Shown piece after piece: positions 1 through 9,196 of a stretch of 64,000 nucleotides of DNA. The DNA is from Mayamaea pseudoterrestris. Its lineage: Eukaryota. Both the position numbers and the translations under genes were made by a program. Location: positions 62,001-126,000 of the forward strand of contig BROI01000014.1 of the NCBI GenBank assembly GCA_027923505.1, read 5' to 3'. The stretch's first letter is position 1, and the number at the start of each line of letters is the position of its first letter. A model generated the notes under the pieces. The model did not search any database, had not been told where the DNA came from, and worked only from the letters and a program-made list of their open reading frames with translations.

Positions 1-11
1 CTGCACATCCA

Positions 12-2375
12 TCACTTCCCAAACCCAAACAAACCATGCTGCTTCGATCTCTGCTCAGGCTTAGAGCCATGTTCTTGCTTGCTGACTAATTTCTGATAGT
101 CTTGCTTGAGCGCATCTTGTGTTGCTTTCCTTGGATCTTGACTAATGCCAGAAACACGGCGAGGTGAACTACCACGAATATCAGCACCTGGATCCGTCCA
201 CAATAAGGGTTGCGCAAGTGGTGTCTCCATCTGTCGTCGGGCAGCCTGTGCATTCACAATCTGTCTCGCCACAAATCCCAGACAAAGAAAGGCAATAAAA
301 GCAGACTTCCAACCCATTGGCAGCATACGCCCGATGGCACTAGTGGCAGGAGTCCGACCGTGCTCATCCTTCGCGGCGTCAGAACCTCCTCGCGGGCTTT
401 GTCCCATGTCAAGATTTTTCTTGGGCGAACCTTCGCCGCTAGTGCCTTCGTAAAACTTCTTTCGGCGATCTTCCGCTAGCTTGTAAAACTCGCGACGCTT
501 CTCTTCTGTCTCTTCATCCTCGCCGCCCATATGGAGCCGGTCGCGCACAGCGTCAAAACCACGTCTCGCCTTTTCGGCGCCCTCGTGCATTAAATTGGCA
601 GCTTTAGTCTTTGAAGACTCGACGCCTTCTTGAACAACGTTCTTGGCCATATCAGCGCCTTCCTGTGCCTTGGCCCACGCAGCTTCCGATCCTCCTTCCA
701 CTTGTTCGCCTGTCTCTTGCGCTGCATCTGTCACGTGATCCTTCGCTTCACGGACGTTTAAGTGCGACTGAGCAGCGCCTGTAGCAGCATCGTAACCTTC
801 GCGTACTTTTGTTTTCGTCGCCTCCATTCCCTGGGATGCAGCGTCCGCAGCTCCATGATAAGCGCTCTTGGCCATGTCGGCAGCGGCATCAACGCCTTCT
901 TCGCCCTTGTTCTTGATATGTTCGGCAGCGCCAGTAGTAGCATCATATGCCTCGCGTGCCTTGGCCGTTGTCGCGTTTATACCAAGCGCAGCAGCATCCG
1001 CAGTCGTTTCGTAGGCGGACCTGGCCGTTTCGGCAGCAGCATCCATGACTTGTCCGGTCGTGTCCTTCACGATGCCAGCGCCACTTTGAGCAACGTCGGT
1101 GGCCGCCTTGTATCCTTGTTCACTCAAATCTTTGCTTCTTTCCAGCACGTCGCGACCCTTGTCCTTTGCCATATCGACGCTTGCTTCCGCATATTCCTTC
1201 CCTGTCTGTAAAATGTTTTTCCCAGTGTCAGCAGCTGCATGTACTCCATCGCCAGCCTTCTGCTTAGCATTTTCGGCTGCCGATGCGGCAGTCTCGGCCA
1301 CTTCGCGCCCTTTCTCCTTCAACATTTCCGATGTTTCGTAGCCTTTCTCGTTTGCTCCTTCGACAAGATTTTGTGCTTGTTCATTCGTAGCTTGATACAC
1401 ACGACGTCCAGTGTCCGCTGCCGCATTCATGCCTTCCGAAATTTTTTGTTTGCCTAACTCCGCACCGGACTGAGCAGTTTCAGCGGTCAAATCGTATCCC
1501 TCTTTGACTGCGTCTGTCGCTTGCTTCGCCGCTTCGCTACTTTTGACTTTCGTTACATCCAATGCGTCCTTGATAAGCTCCTTTGCTGCACTAAATACGC
1601 CCCATCCAGTTTCGCTCGCCGATTCAACAGCCTGGTTGCCACTGTCAATGGCATTAGCAGCAAGATTTTGCCCCGTCTCTTTCATTGTATCGACTCCTAC
1701 CGCAGCTTTTTCTTTCGCCGCATCGATTGCAGCTTGGCTCTTGTCCTTCGCCGCGTCATATGTCTGTCCAACCATGTCGCCAGCCGCTAAATATCCTTCA
1801 TGCAGCTTGTCTTGCGCTGCACTCGCATGATCCTGAGCCTTTTCGACAACATAGTCTTTTACAGTCTGATAGCCTTCATTTGCCGACTCGCCGGCCGAAT
1901 TGAGAGCGGCATACGCTTTAAACTCTGCCGTATCCTCTGCAAACCTGGTCTCGCCTGTTAATTCTTCGCGACGCTTCGCTACTGTCTCGTCAACAAGGTT
2001 GCGACTCGTTTCGACGACACCTTCGACAGATTCCTTCCCGGATTGAACCTTGTCACTTGCCGAGGACTTGAGCGTCTCCAATCCCTCGGCTCCGCGCTCC
2101 TTCGCGCCCATGTGCAAAGTATCTTTCAAAGATTCGAGTCCACTCTGAACCTTCTCGTAAACTACGTTCGCCCCTTCATGGACGAGGTCTTTCACATTCT
2201 CGAAACCTTCGTTCGCCTTCTCGCCAGCAGCATTGATTGTTGCATATGCTTTAAACGAGGCAGTATCTTCAGCATACTGGCTCTTGCCTTTAATCGAATC
2301 AACTATACCACCCTCGGAATAGATCACTAGCTCAAAGGAGCACAATAGAAGCAAAGTTATTCTCCAACGCAACAT
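12..2375 (-). CDS. LEA-like Ala/Glu/Lys-rich helical repeat protein with signal peptide and a C-terminal hydrophobic segment
   Basis: 787-codon ORF from ATG 2375 (MLRWRITLLLLCSF, signal-like). Many AAKEKA / DAAAETAKSAYE-type amphipathic repeats. Internal duplication AEDTA(S/E)FKAYA. Hydrophobic stretch AFIAFLCLGFVA near the C-terminus. Confidence 0.7.
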   Translation of the reverse strand: MLRWRITLLLLCSFELVIYSEGGIVDSIKGKSQYAEDTASFKAYATINAAGEKANEGFENVKDLVHEGANVVYEKVQSGLESLKDTLHMGAKERGAEGLETLKSSASDKVQSGKESVEGVVETSRNLVDETVAKRREELTGETRFAEDTAEFKAYAALNSAGESANEGYQTVKDYVVEKAQDHASAAQDKLHEGYLAAGDMVGQTYDAAKDKSQAAIDAAKEKAAVGVDTMKETGQNLAANAIDSGNQAVESASETGWGVFSAAKELIKDALDVTKVKSSEAAKQATDAVKEGYDLTAETAQSGAELGKQKISEGMNAAADTGRRVYQATNEQAQNLVEGANEKGYETSEMLKEKGREVAETAASAAENAKQKAGDGVHAAADTGKNILQTGKEYAEASVDMAKDKGRDVLERSKDLSEQGYKAATDVAQSGAGIVKDTTGQVMDAAAETARSAYETTADAAALGINATTAKAREAYDATTGAAEHIKNKGEEGVDAAADMAKSAYHGAADAASQGMEATKTKVREGYDAATGAAQSHLNVREAKDHVTDAAQETGEQVEGGSEAAWAKAQEGADMAKNVVQEGVESSKTKAANLMHEGAEKARRGFDAVRDRLHMGGEDEETEEKRREFYKLAEDRRKKFYEGTSGEGSPKKNLDMGQSPRGGSDAAKDEHGRTPATSAIGRMLPMGWKSAFIAFLCLGFVARQIVNAQAARRQMETPLAQPLLWTDPGADIRGSSPRRVSGISQDPRKATQDALKQDYQKLVSKQEHGSKPEQRSKQHGLFGFGK

Positions 2376-2592
2376 CTTGACCAAGTTCCTTTTGTGATGT
2401 AATCACGCAAGTAGCGCGTGGATTTCGATTGCCGGCTTGAGAACCGGCGAGCAATTCTTCGAAATCGAAGGGCACGGGTGTCGCACCACTTCTCCGTCGT
2501 GACCTCGCCTCACCTGTTTGACGTCAATTAGCATAGCAAAATCAAAGATCCTCCGTAGCTTTGAGTCAACCTGTAAGCCAAGGGTATCTATT

Positions 2593-3071
2593 CTACTCCA
2601 TCAGCTCGACCACTTTCGGTGGCAAACACAACGTAGGAGCGATGAGCAAGACAAACTGGAGAAAGCGAGGAAACTTGGCTAAATTTTTTGACGCTGTAAA
2701 TGGCGACATACGCTCAAAAAGTTTGGCCACAGTTTCGTAGTCGACGCTTGATGGAGAGTTGCGCCACAAATCTCGCATAGAAGCAGTGTTTTCGAAGCGA
2801 TTTTTATTCTGTCCAGCAGACAAGCAAAATTCGAGAAGGAAGGCATGTAGGTCACTGTGACCACCAATACAAACACTTAGCAGTTCAAAGAATGACTCTG
2901 AGGTGAGTATTTCAAAGTGGCCGCCAAATTCCGTTTCCACTGAGGCTCGGAGTTCACTTTCAACTAAAGACAAATCCAATGCTTCCCCTTGGCAGGAGTG
3001 TGCCTGCATTTGAGCGACTGTCGGTTGTCTTGAAAACATGGACCCGCTCGATCGAAAATGCCAAGGAACCA
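2593..3071 (-). pseudogene. 3' fragment of the Cys/His-domain gene at 12805-15515, cut off by the retrotransposon insertion
   Basis: Starts with VPWH (inside the TSD). Joins in frame to ...FQCIRCRMVPWH at 12805-12845 when 3072-12820 (element plus one TSD copy) is removed, giving RCRMVPWHFRSSGSMF. Confidence 0.85.
3056..3071 (+). repeat. Target-site duplication, left copy (AAATGCCAAGGAACCA)
   Basis: Identical 16-mer at 12805-12820. The last A could belong to the (AAT)n tail. Confidence 0.93.
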
Positions 3072-3418
3072 ATAATAATAACTCAAAGATTTACTTCGTA
3101 GTAGTTAACTATCTACGCAGCAGCCTATGCGGCTTTATTGTCGCTCCCGCCATCAGTACAGCCGAAACTGCCCGACGAATGGGTTAGACCCCAAATTGAG
3201 AGACGACACGAGTGGTACATTCATGTGGGACAACAGACATAGGATTTCAGATTGGGACAGAGCAGTGCTGGCTAAGTTGGAAAACGCCGGGGCGAACTCC
3301 AATGCCATACTTATGCCAAGGAATGTCACAAATCGTCATTACCTGGCTGACATGAGAGAACAATGGAACAAATAACATAAAATAGTGCTTTGGTGTTGAA
3401 CATGCTGTGGTAGCTCCA

Positions 3419-6400
3419 CTAGCCATGCTCGGGTATTGCTGGCAGATTTGGTTGAAAGAGGCGGCGCATAAGTGATTGTTGCCGCCTCACAACCGCCTCC
3501 GCCGGTGTTTGTTGGGAACGGAGTTCACGCTCCGTATGGACTTGATACAGCCACGCTTCAATTTGAGTAGGAAGACGGTGTTGGATTCGGGATTGGCCAG
3601 GCTTCATGAGGTGGTGCAGGCGAGCAATGTTGGTAGGGCCCAAGGTAAATTCCTCAGCAACTTGCCGACGCAGCTCCAGAATTTTTATGCCCATTTCCCG
3701 TTTGTGGAGAGCGTCATTGCGATATGACCACATGTCCCAAGAGATATCAAAGAGCTTCCGGATGATCTGGGAAAGCCAGCGTCGTCCATTGTGGTAGGGT
3801 TTGGAGCCAGAGGCCCGGTAATGGGATTCCTGAGCTTCTGCCCATCCAATAGCAAACCTTCCCTCGAAGGCAGCCTGCCAACCCAGGTGCTGCTGTGCTA
3901 CCACCAAATCTTGGATAGCCATGGTGGAAAGAGCTGGTGGAGCAGATTGGGACCGCCACGCCCGGAGATGTTCCACAATGGCAAGTCGAAGAGGGTCCAG
4001 AGTGCCAAGCTGCATTAGCTGATCATCGAGACTCTCCATGCGCTCATTCCAAAGTTCATTGGTGCTAGGGCATTGATACAAGTGGGTTACTGTTTCAGTC
4101 ACTTCAACTGGGGTTGGGAGTTGAAGGCAAGAGGGGCAAGTATCCTCCTGGGAATGATGCCGCAGTTTGGTGCGATGCCGTACTGCCACAAATTTGGAAA
4201 TCATTTTTGTCTGGTGTTGTTGACGACCAAGAGGAAGGAGTTTGAATGCCTTATAAGAGGCCTCCCAGTCCACAGCCGCATCCGTGGAGTCACCAAATTT
4301 GCCCTTACTGCGCCAATACTCCAAGAGCGGTGGGCCATTCACGTGCTCGCGTATTGCAGACTGCACCTCCTTGCACAGTTTAATGCCATTGATGCAAATA
4401 GGAATTATTTCCTTATAGAGGAACTGAGGCATTGGCTCTGTGGAGTTATCCGCAAACTGAACGCGGTGAAGCTTGGCGGCCTCATCCATGGAGTCATACA
4501 GAGTAGCCCAGCGATCCAGGGGACCCACAAGTTGCGCGCCTTCCCAACCGCCTCGTTCGCGCTGGTGACCAAGGACATGCCGTGTTTTCCATGTAATGGG
4601 AGTATCACGCATCAAACGCTTACAGGCAGAGATGATATCAAAATGTGACTGGCTTAATGGTGTCTGTGCTTGAACCTTGCTAGCTTGTTTGAGGGCTGAG
4701 AGGCCATCGCATGCCAGCTCAAGGGAGCCTTCTGTCACGTTATAATGTTGGCAGAGCAGGTGCACAAGGACAATGGTTTGGTACAAGCCAATCAGTTCAC
4801 TCCGGTAAGCACTTTGGTCCGCAGGCTGGCCAGGAGCTAGGCAGCTGGCAAAGATAGCATTTGTGGCGTTGGCACCTTGGATGGTAGTGGCTGCAGCTCC
4901 AGTCTGCAACATTGGCTCGTAGGATCCATCACTTACGGCAACAGCTGATCCATTTTGGAGTGCCATGACGATTGCAGCCCCTTCATCTGGTGGCAGGGAA
5001 ACATGGTCAAGAATCCAGCGAGATGGCTCCGGCAGGGAAACACGCATGGATGCCAGAACAAACATTGATGGAGTAGAAGGAGCAGCCATGGAAGCACCCC
5101 AACTGTTCAACCGGACCTCTGTGGGGCTAACCATCTGTACTGATGCTCGCGCTAAGTCTAGTGGCCGCGGCACTGCCCACAACAGCTTCTGGAATACCCT
5201 GACGCGCCGACGGCATCCAGTCCCACTGTAACCATATTGAAACCAGCCGGTGGGAGCTTTCTCCATGAGAATATCAAGCCTTGGGCTAAAATAAAACCTT
5301 GTGGTAGGCTCCATGTCATCCCACACCCCCAAACTGTGACGTAACTGCCGGTTGCGAGTACACCAGTGATGCTGCAGTGCTGTTCTCCAGAGTGTCCAGC
5401 AGCGAGCTGACAGAGGACCCTGTGTTGGCCAGGAGTAAGAACTCTCACGTGACTTGTCAATTTGTCCATTCCATGCTGCCTCTGTAATATAGGCGCCATC
5501 TGCGTGCACCATGTCGGAAAGGTAAAGCAATTGCAGAAAGATGCGACACCGGTTCAGGATACCCAAGGTGGAGGGTGACCAGTCAGCATTGTTGCGAAAT
5601 ACTTCCATAATGAGCAAGTCTCCATCTCGCCGTGGCATGAATTCAGGCAAATCATCCAGGAGTTGTATAGTATGGTCATAGCAGCACTCGCCTGTGAATC
5701 GCACCCAGCTGTTAGTTGTTGTGTGGACTCGAGACATATCCGCGTCAAACAAGGGACCATTGACACCAAGTTCCAACTTCAACTGCTCCGAACTGACGCG
5801 GAGTAACTGCGACGTGTTCCGCAATGGCTGCTCAGAAGCGAAAGCCAGTGCCTCTATGTGATTAAACAGTTGGGTAGTATACATATCTGGGAAACCAAGG
5901 CCTTGAAACTTGACAGGGCCAGTCCGGACTGCGTTGGGTGTATCACTGCCAATGCCTGCCATTTGCAAAGCGGCTGTCATTGCTGGACCTTGGATCCGCT
6001 GACACTGTTTGCGAGTGAGGCAGGTTGCAACCAGAGGGTAGGAGAAGGACTTGTCAATCGTAGTACGATACGCAATTGTAGCCAAATGTCGAGGTAAATG
6101 ACTGCTTTTCAACTTGTTGGCCCAAGCAACAGACTTGGCATACAGTACTTGTGCTTGTTGGGATTCACTGCCATCTGGCGCAAGGTAAATGCCCAGAGTG
6201 CGCTCAGCATGGTCAGTTGGATACCGCTGGATTGGCTGGGTCACACCATGCATGTCCCTAACTTGGAGCTGTGCTGGGCATTCACCCTCGGGCTTGAGCG
6301 ACCAGGAACCATCGGCATGCCAGTTATATGCCATTAGATACCAGAAAGTCTTTTCTGGAGCAATTGCCCCACCAGTAGCTCGAAGACCACCCTCCCAGTG

Positions 6401-9196
6401 GTCAAGAGATCGCTGCATATCTGCTGCAACTTGTACTGGGTCTGACAAATGTGAAGCACAAATTCCTAAGTCAGTATCATCCACGAATGAATAACCAACA
6501 AAGCTGACTTTGTGACCAGAAAGGGCGCCTGTATACGCCATAGCTAGTCCCTCAGCGCGGAGCATGTTCAGAACCGGAGTGGAGACCAATGCCCAGATTT
6601 GAGGGCCTGCACCGTTCCCTTGCCCAATGGTAGAAACTGGAACGCCATATAAGTGCTTATCCTTTTCGCCACCAAAGGAGGTTGCAGAATCACCAAAAAT
6701 GGTGCGGATATTGTGCTCCAAAGCCTGGATGGTTGAAAACATGCAGATGACGGCAGGCTTGGGAACCCCTACTCGCTGCAAACTCAACGCGGCCACAGCA
6801 TGGACAATGCGGTCATAACAAGCTCGTGCATCATTGGAGCAGAGTGCCATTGGTCGGCGAAGTTGACGAGACATATCAAAGGAGAGCCGCTTCTCCAAAC
6901 CAATATAATTTGCACGGTGGCCGCGTCGTGATCCGCCTTGTTCTTTTGCTAGCAATCCATCGGATTCGGCCAGCTTCATCATCGTCTTGCCCAGAAACTT
7001 AAAACAATGATTTGCAATTGTGTCAAACAAACAGATAGCTCGAAGCTTGTCCACTTGGAAGTTGCCAGCCTTCTTTTCAATCATAACATCGATGGCCTTA
7101 TGCCAGGAAGGAGGTGGGCAGCCGGTAAGCAGTGGTAGGTACTCAAGTTGGCGATGGAATTCTGCAATCAAGGGGTCTTGCACATTTGCCATCATGTGAC
7201 CAAAGTGCCGTCCAGGATAGGATCCGGTGCGCTCCTTCTGAATATGCCAGCCATGTTGAAAAGTTGGCAGGTCAGGGATAGGATAACAGAAGGTATCACG
7301 CAATGACTCAGGTCTGATCAGTTGGTGCATCAATTTCACAGCGTACTCTGACACATTAGCCACGTCTGTCGCCACCAGCTGGCCAGCAAGGATTTTGTCA
7401 CAATAGGGTGTCACACCAAGGGGGCCAACGCAGTCATATAGTGGAGGAAGAAGGAAATCCGTACTAGAAGCTTGACGGAATCGAGCCGTACATTCAACCA
7501 TAATTGCTGCCTCCATGTCTTCCTTGCCTGTCCAGGTTATCAGTTCACCGGCCGCATTCCGGGATTGCACCATGGAGACTGCTCCTGCGTGACTGGAACG
7601 TAAAGCTGCGCGAATTATACGGGCATTGTCACGCATCTCCTCACGTTTTATAAGGGTCTTGACAATTGCAGTAGCGTCCATTGCCTTTGCAGCTGCGAGG
7701 CTTTCAACCAGTTGCTCATTGTGCGTGCGTCGAGATTGAATGGCCAACCGTTTCTTGAAGTCTATAATCTCCAGGTTCACAAGGCGCAAGGTGCGTTTCA
7801 GCTTAGCACAAGTCCATGTCAGAACCTCCATTTTTCCAGAACGTGTAGCTTGACGCAGCACCGTATGCAGACTAACAGCATGACCTCGACGTCGACGAAG
7901 CAGCAGGTACAGCAGCTGCTGATAGCGTTGCAAGTCAAGAAACATGGGCGACCAAGGGACTGCTCCTAGGAAAAGCTTGCGGCAGGTGCGCTCAGCGTCC
8001 AGCATGGCGCGAGTGCAAAAGGCATCTAAATCTTCATACTGACTTTGCTCACCAGCGCTGAGACAATTGTCCGTCTGCCTGGGACAGTATTGATTGGTAG
8101 CCTCAGTCCAAAGTTGAGCCAAAGCAGGAATGCTAGCTGCTGCCTCCAGAGATGCCTTGTATGAGGCCAAGTAAGAAGCCACCACCCGTGGATCCTGCAG
8201 CTTCAGGCGACGCATAGTTGGCCTTAAAATGGGAGGTATAGCATGCCCAAGTGCGACGTGCATTGGAACATCCAGAAAAAGTCCAGTATGGTCTGCAATC
8301 CAGCCAGTGTAGCCACAGGTGAGGCCCTGCAAGGAGGCTGACACAAACAGGCCATCAATTTTGGTGCTACCGCGTGACATTGTAGGAGGGCCGGCGCCGT
8401 GTTGTTGCAGAATGGTTTCGAAAAGCCCAACATCTTCCATCTTGCGCCTGAAAACGCTATTGGCTGGAGCCAGATCCGTATTTGCATCAATGCCAAGAAC
8501 AATATGGCAGTTATTTCGCTGGAGTTGGCGCACCACTGCTTGCAGATCATGATCAAAACGGTCAATTGGATCAATCGCTTGCCCCTTGCTGGCAAAGTGT
8601 GCATATTGCTGGCTCCAAACGGATTCTGCCCCACTCTTATTAACCACTGGACGATAAGCCACCATTGCCACGAGGACTGCTCCATTTCGGCCTCGGTAAC
8701 CATGGCCACTCCACCTACCAAGAGGGTCGCGAATTGTCAGCTGGAGATCCACCCGGGTTGCCATCTTGTTAATGCTCCATATGGAAGTGCCGCCATAAAG
8801 CATTGGTGACTTGTGACCCGGGTACTCTGCATAACAAGAGGAGGATGGACGACATGCCTCAATCCAACCCTTTTTCCGTTGCTCCAAGCGTTGATGGGAC
8901 GCCACATGCCGCCAATTCACATTGACTTCCGAAAGGCCCAAAACATCCACACGCATTTTGTTAACTGTTGATCTTACTAAGCAATCTTTACAACTACCAC
9001 AAGGTCGCCACGTCTGACACACTGGGGCTGCGGCCAACCCACCAATATTAACAAACAATAACCGAACATGATCACTGGCTGGTGCCACCAGTTCATGTCC
9101 AAAAACTCCTCCATCTCTATCCGTCGCGGCAGAGGAGGGACTGGAGTAGGCATCGCTGGAAGAGCGTCCATGTCTTCCAGAGCCTAAAGGCCTCAT
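3419..9196 (-). CDS. Retrotransposon ORF2: AP endonuclease, reverse transcriptase, RNase H and C-terminal zinc knuckle (1925 aa)
   Basis: APE motifs FVNIGGL, GLSEVN, GIDAN, TKIDGLF, DHTGL. RT motifs KLRAICL, SNDARACYDRI, GQGNGAGP, FVDDTD, TLGIYL. RNase H motifs VSDGS, RSELIG, ACDGLSA, HVLGHQ, MDEAAK. CPSC...ETVTHLYQC. Confidence 0.93.
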   Translation of the reverse strand: MRPLGSGRHGRSSSDAYSSPSSAATDRDGGVFGHELVAPASDHVRLLFVNIGGLAAAPVCQTWRPCGSCKDCLVRSTVNKMRVDVLGLSEVNVNWRHVASHQRLEQRKKGWIEACRPSSSCYAEYPGHKSPMLYGGTSIWSINKMATRVDLQLTIRDPLGRWSGHGYRGRNGAVLVAMVAYRPVVNKSGAESVWSQQYAHFASKGQAIDPIDRFDHDLQAVVRQLQRNNCHIVLGIDANTDLAPANSVFRRKMEDVGLFETILQQHGAGPPTMSRGSTKIDGLFVSASLQGLTCGYTGWIADHTGLFLDVPMHVALGHAIPPILRPTMRRLKLQDPRVVASYLASYKASLEAAASIPALAQLWTEATNQYCPRQTDNCLSAGEQSQYEDLDAFCTRAMLDAERTCRKLFLGAVPWSPMFLDLQRYQQLLYLLLRRRRGHAVSLHTVLRQATRSGKMEVLTWTCAKLKRTLRLVNLEIIDFKKRLAIQSRRTHNEQLVESLAAAKAMDATAIVKTLIKREEMRDNARIIRAALRSSHAGAVSMVQSRNAAGELITWTGKEDMEAAIMVECTARFRQASSTDFLLPPLYDCVGPLGVTPYCDKILAGQLVATDVANVSEYAVKLMHQLIRPESLRDTFCYPIPDLPTFQHGWHIQKERTGSYPGRHFGHMMANVQDPLIAEFHRQLEYLPLLTGCPPPSWHKAIDVMIEKKAGNFQVDKLRAICLFDTIANHCFKFLGKTMMKLAESDGLLAKEQGGSRRGHRANYIGLEKRLSFDMSRQLRRPMALCSNDARACYDRIVHAVAALSLQRVGVPKPAVICMFSTIQALEHNIRTIFGDSATSFGGEKDKHLYGVPVSTIGQGNGAGPQIWALVSTPVLNMLRAEGLAMAYTGALSGHKVSFVGYSFVDDTDLGICASHLSDPVQVAADMQRSLDHWEGGLRATGGAIAPEKTFWYLMAYNWHADGSWSLKPEGECPAQLQVRDMHGVTQPIQRYPTDHAERTLGIYLAPDGSESQQAQVLYAKSVAWANKLKSSHLPRHLATIAYRTTIDKSFSYPLVATCLTRKQCQRIQGPAMTAALQMAGIGSDTPNAVRTGPVKFQGLGFPDMYTTQLFNHIEALAFASEQPLRNTSQLLRVSSEQLKLELGVNGPLFDADMSRVHTTTNSWVRFTGECCYDHTIQLLDDLPEFMPRRDGDLLIMEVFRNNADWSPSTLGILNRCRIFLQLLYLSDMVHADGAYITEAAWNGQIDKSRESSYSWPTQGPLSARCWTLWRTALQHHWCTRNRQLRHSLGVWDDMEPTTRFYFSPRLDILMEKAPTGWFQYGYSGTGCRRRVRVFQKLLWAVPRPLDLARASVQMVSPTEVRLNSWGASMAAPSTPSMFVLASMRVSLPEPSRWILDHVSLPPDEGAAIVMALQNGSAVAVSDGSYEPMLQTGAAATTIQGANATNAIFASCLAPGQPADQSAYRSELIGLYQTIVLVHLLCQHYNVTEGSLELACDGLSALKQASKVQAQTPLSQSHFDIISACKRLMRDTPITWKTRHVLGHQRERGGWEGAQLVGPLDRWATLYDSMDEAAKLHRVQFADNSTEPMPQFLYKEIIPICINGIKLCKEVQSAIREHVNGPPLLEYWRSKGKFGDSTDAAVDWEASYKAFKLLPLGRQQHQTKMISKFVAVRHRTKLRHHSQEDTCPSCLQLPTPVEVTETVTHLYQCPSTNELWNERMESLDDQLMQLGTLDPLRLAIVEHLRAWRSQSAPPALSTMAIQDLVVAQQHLGWQAAFEGRFAIGWAEAQESHYRASGSKPYHNGRRWLSQIIRKLFDISWDMWSYRNDALHKREMGIKILELRRQVAEEFTLGPTNIARLHHLMKPGQSRIQHRLPTQIEAWLYQVHTERELRSQQTPAEAVVRRQQSLMRRLFQPNLPAIPEHG

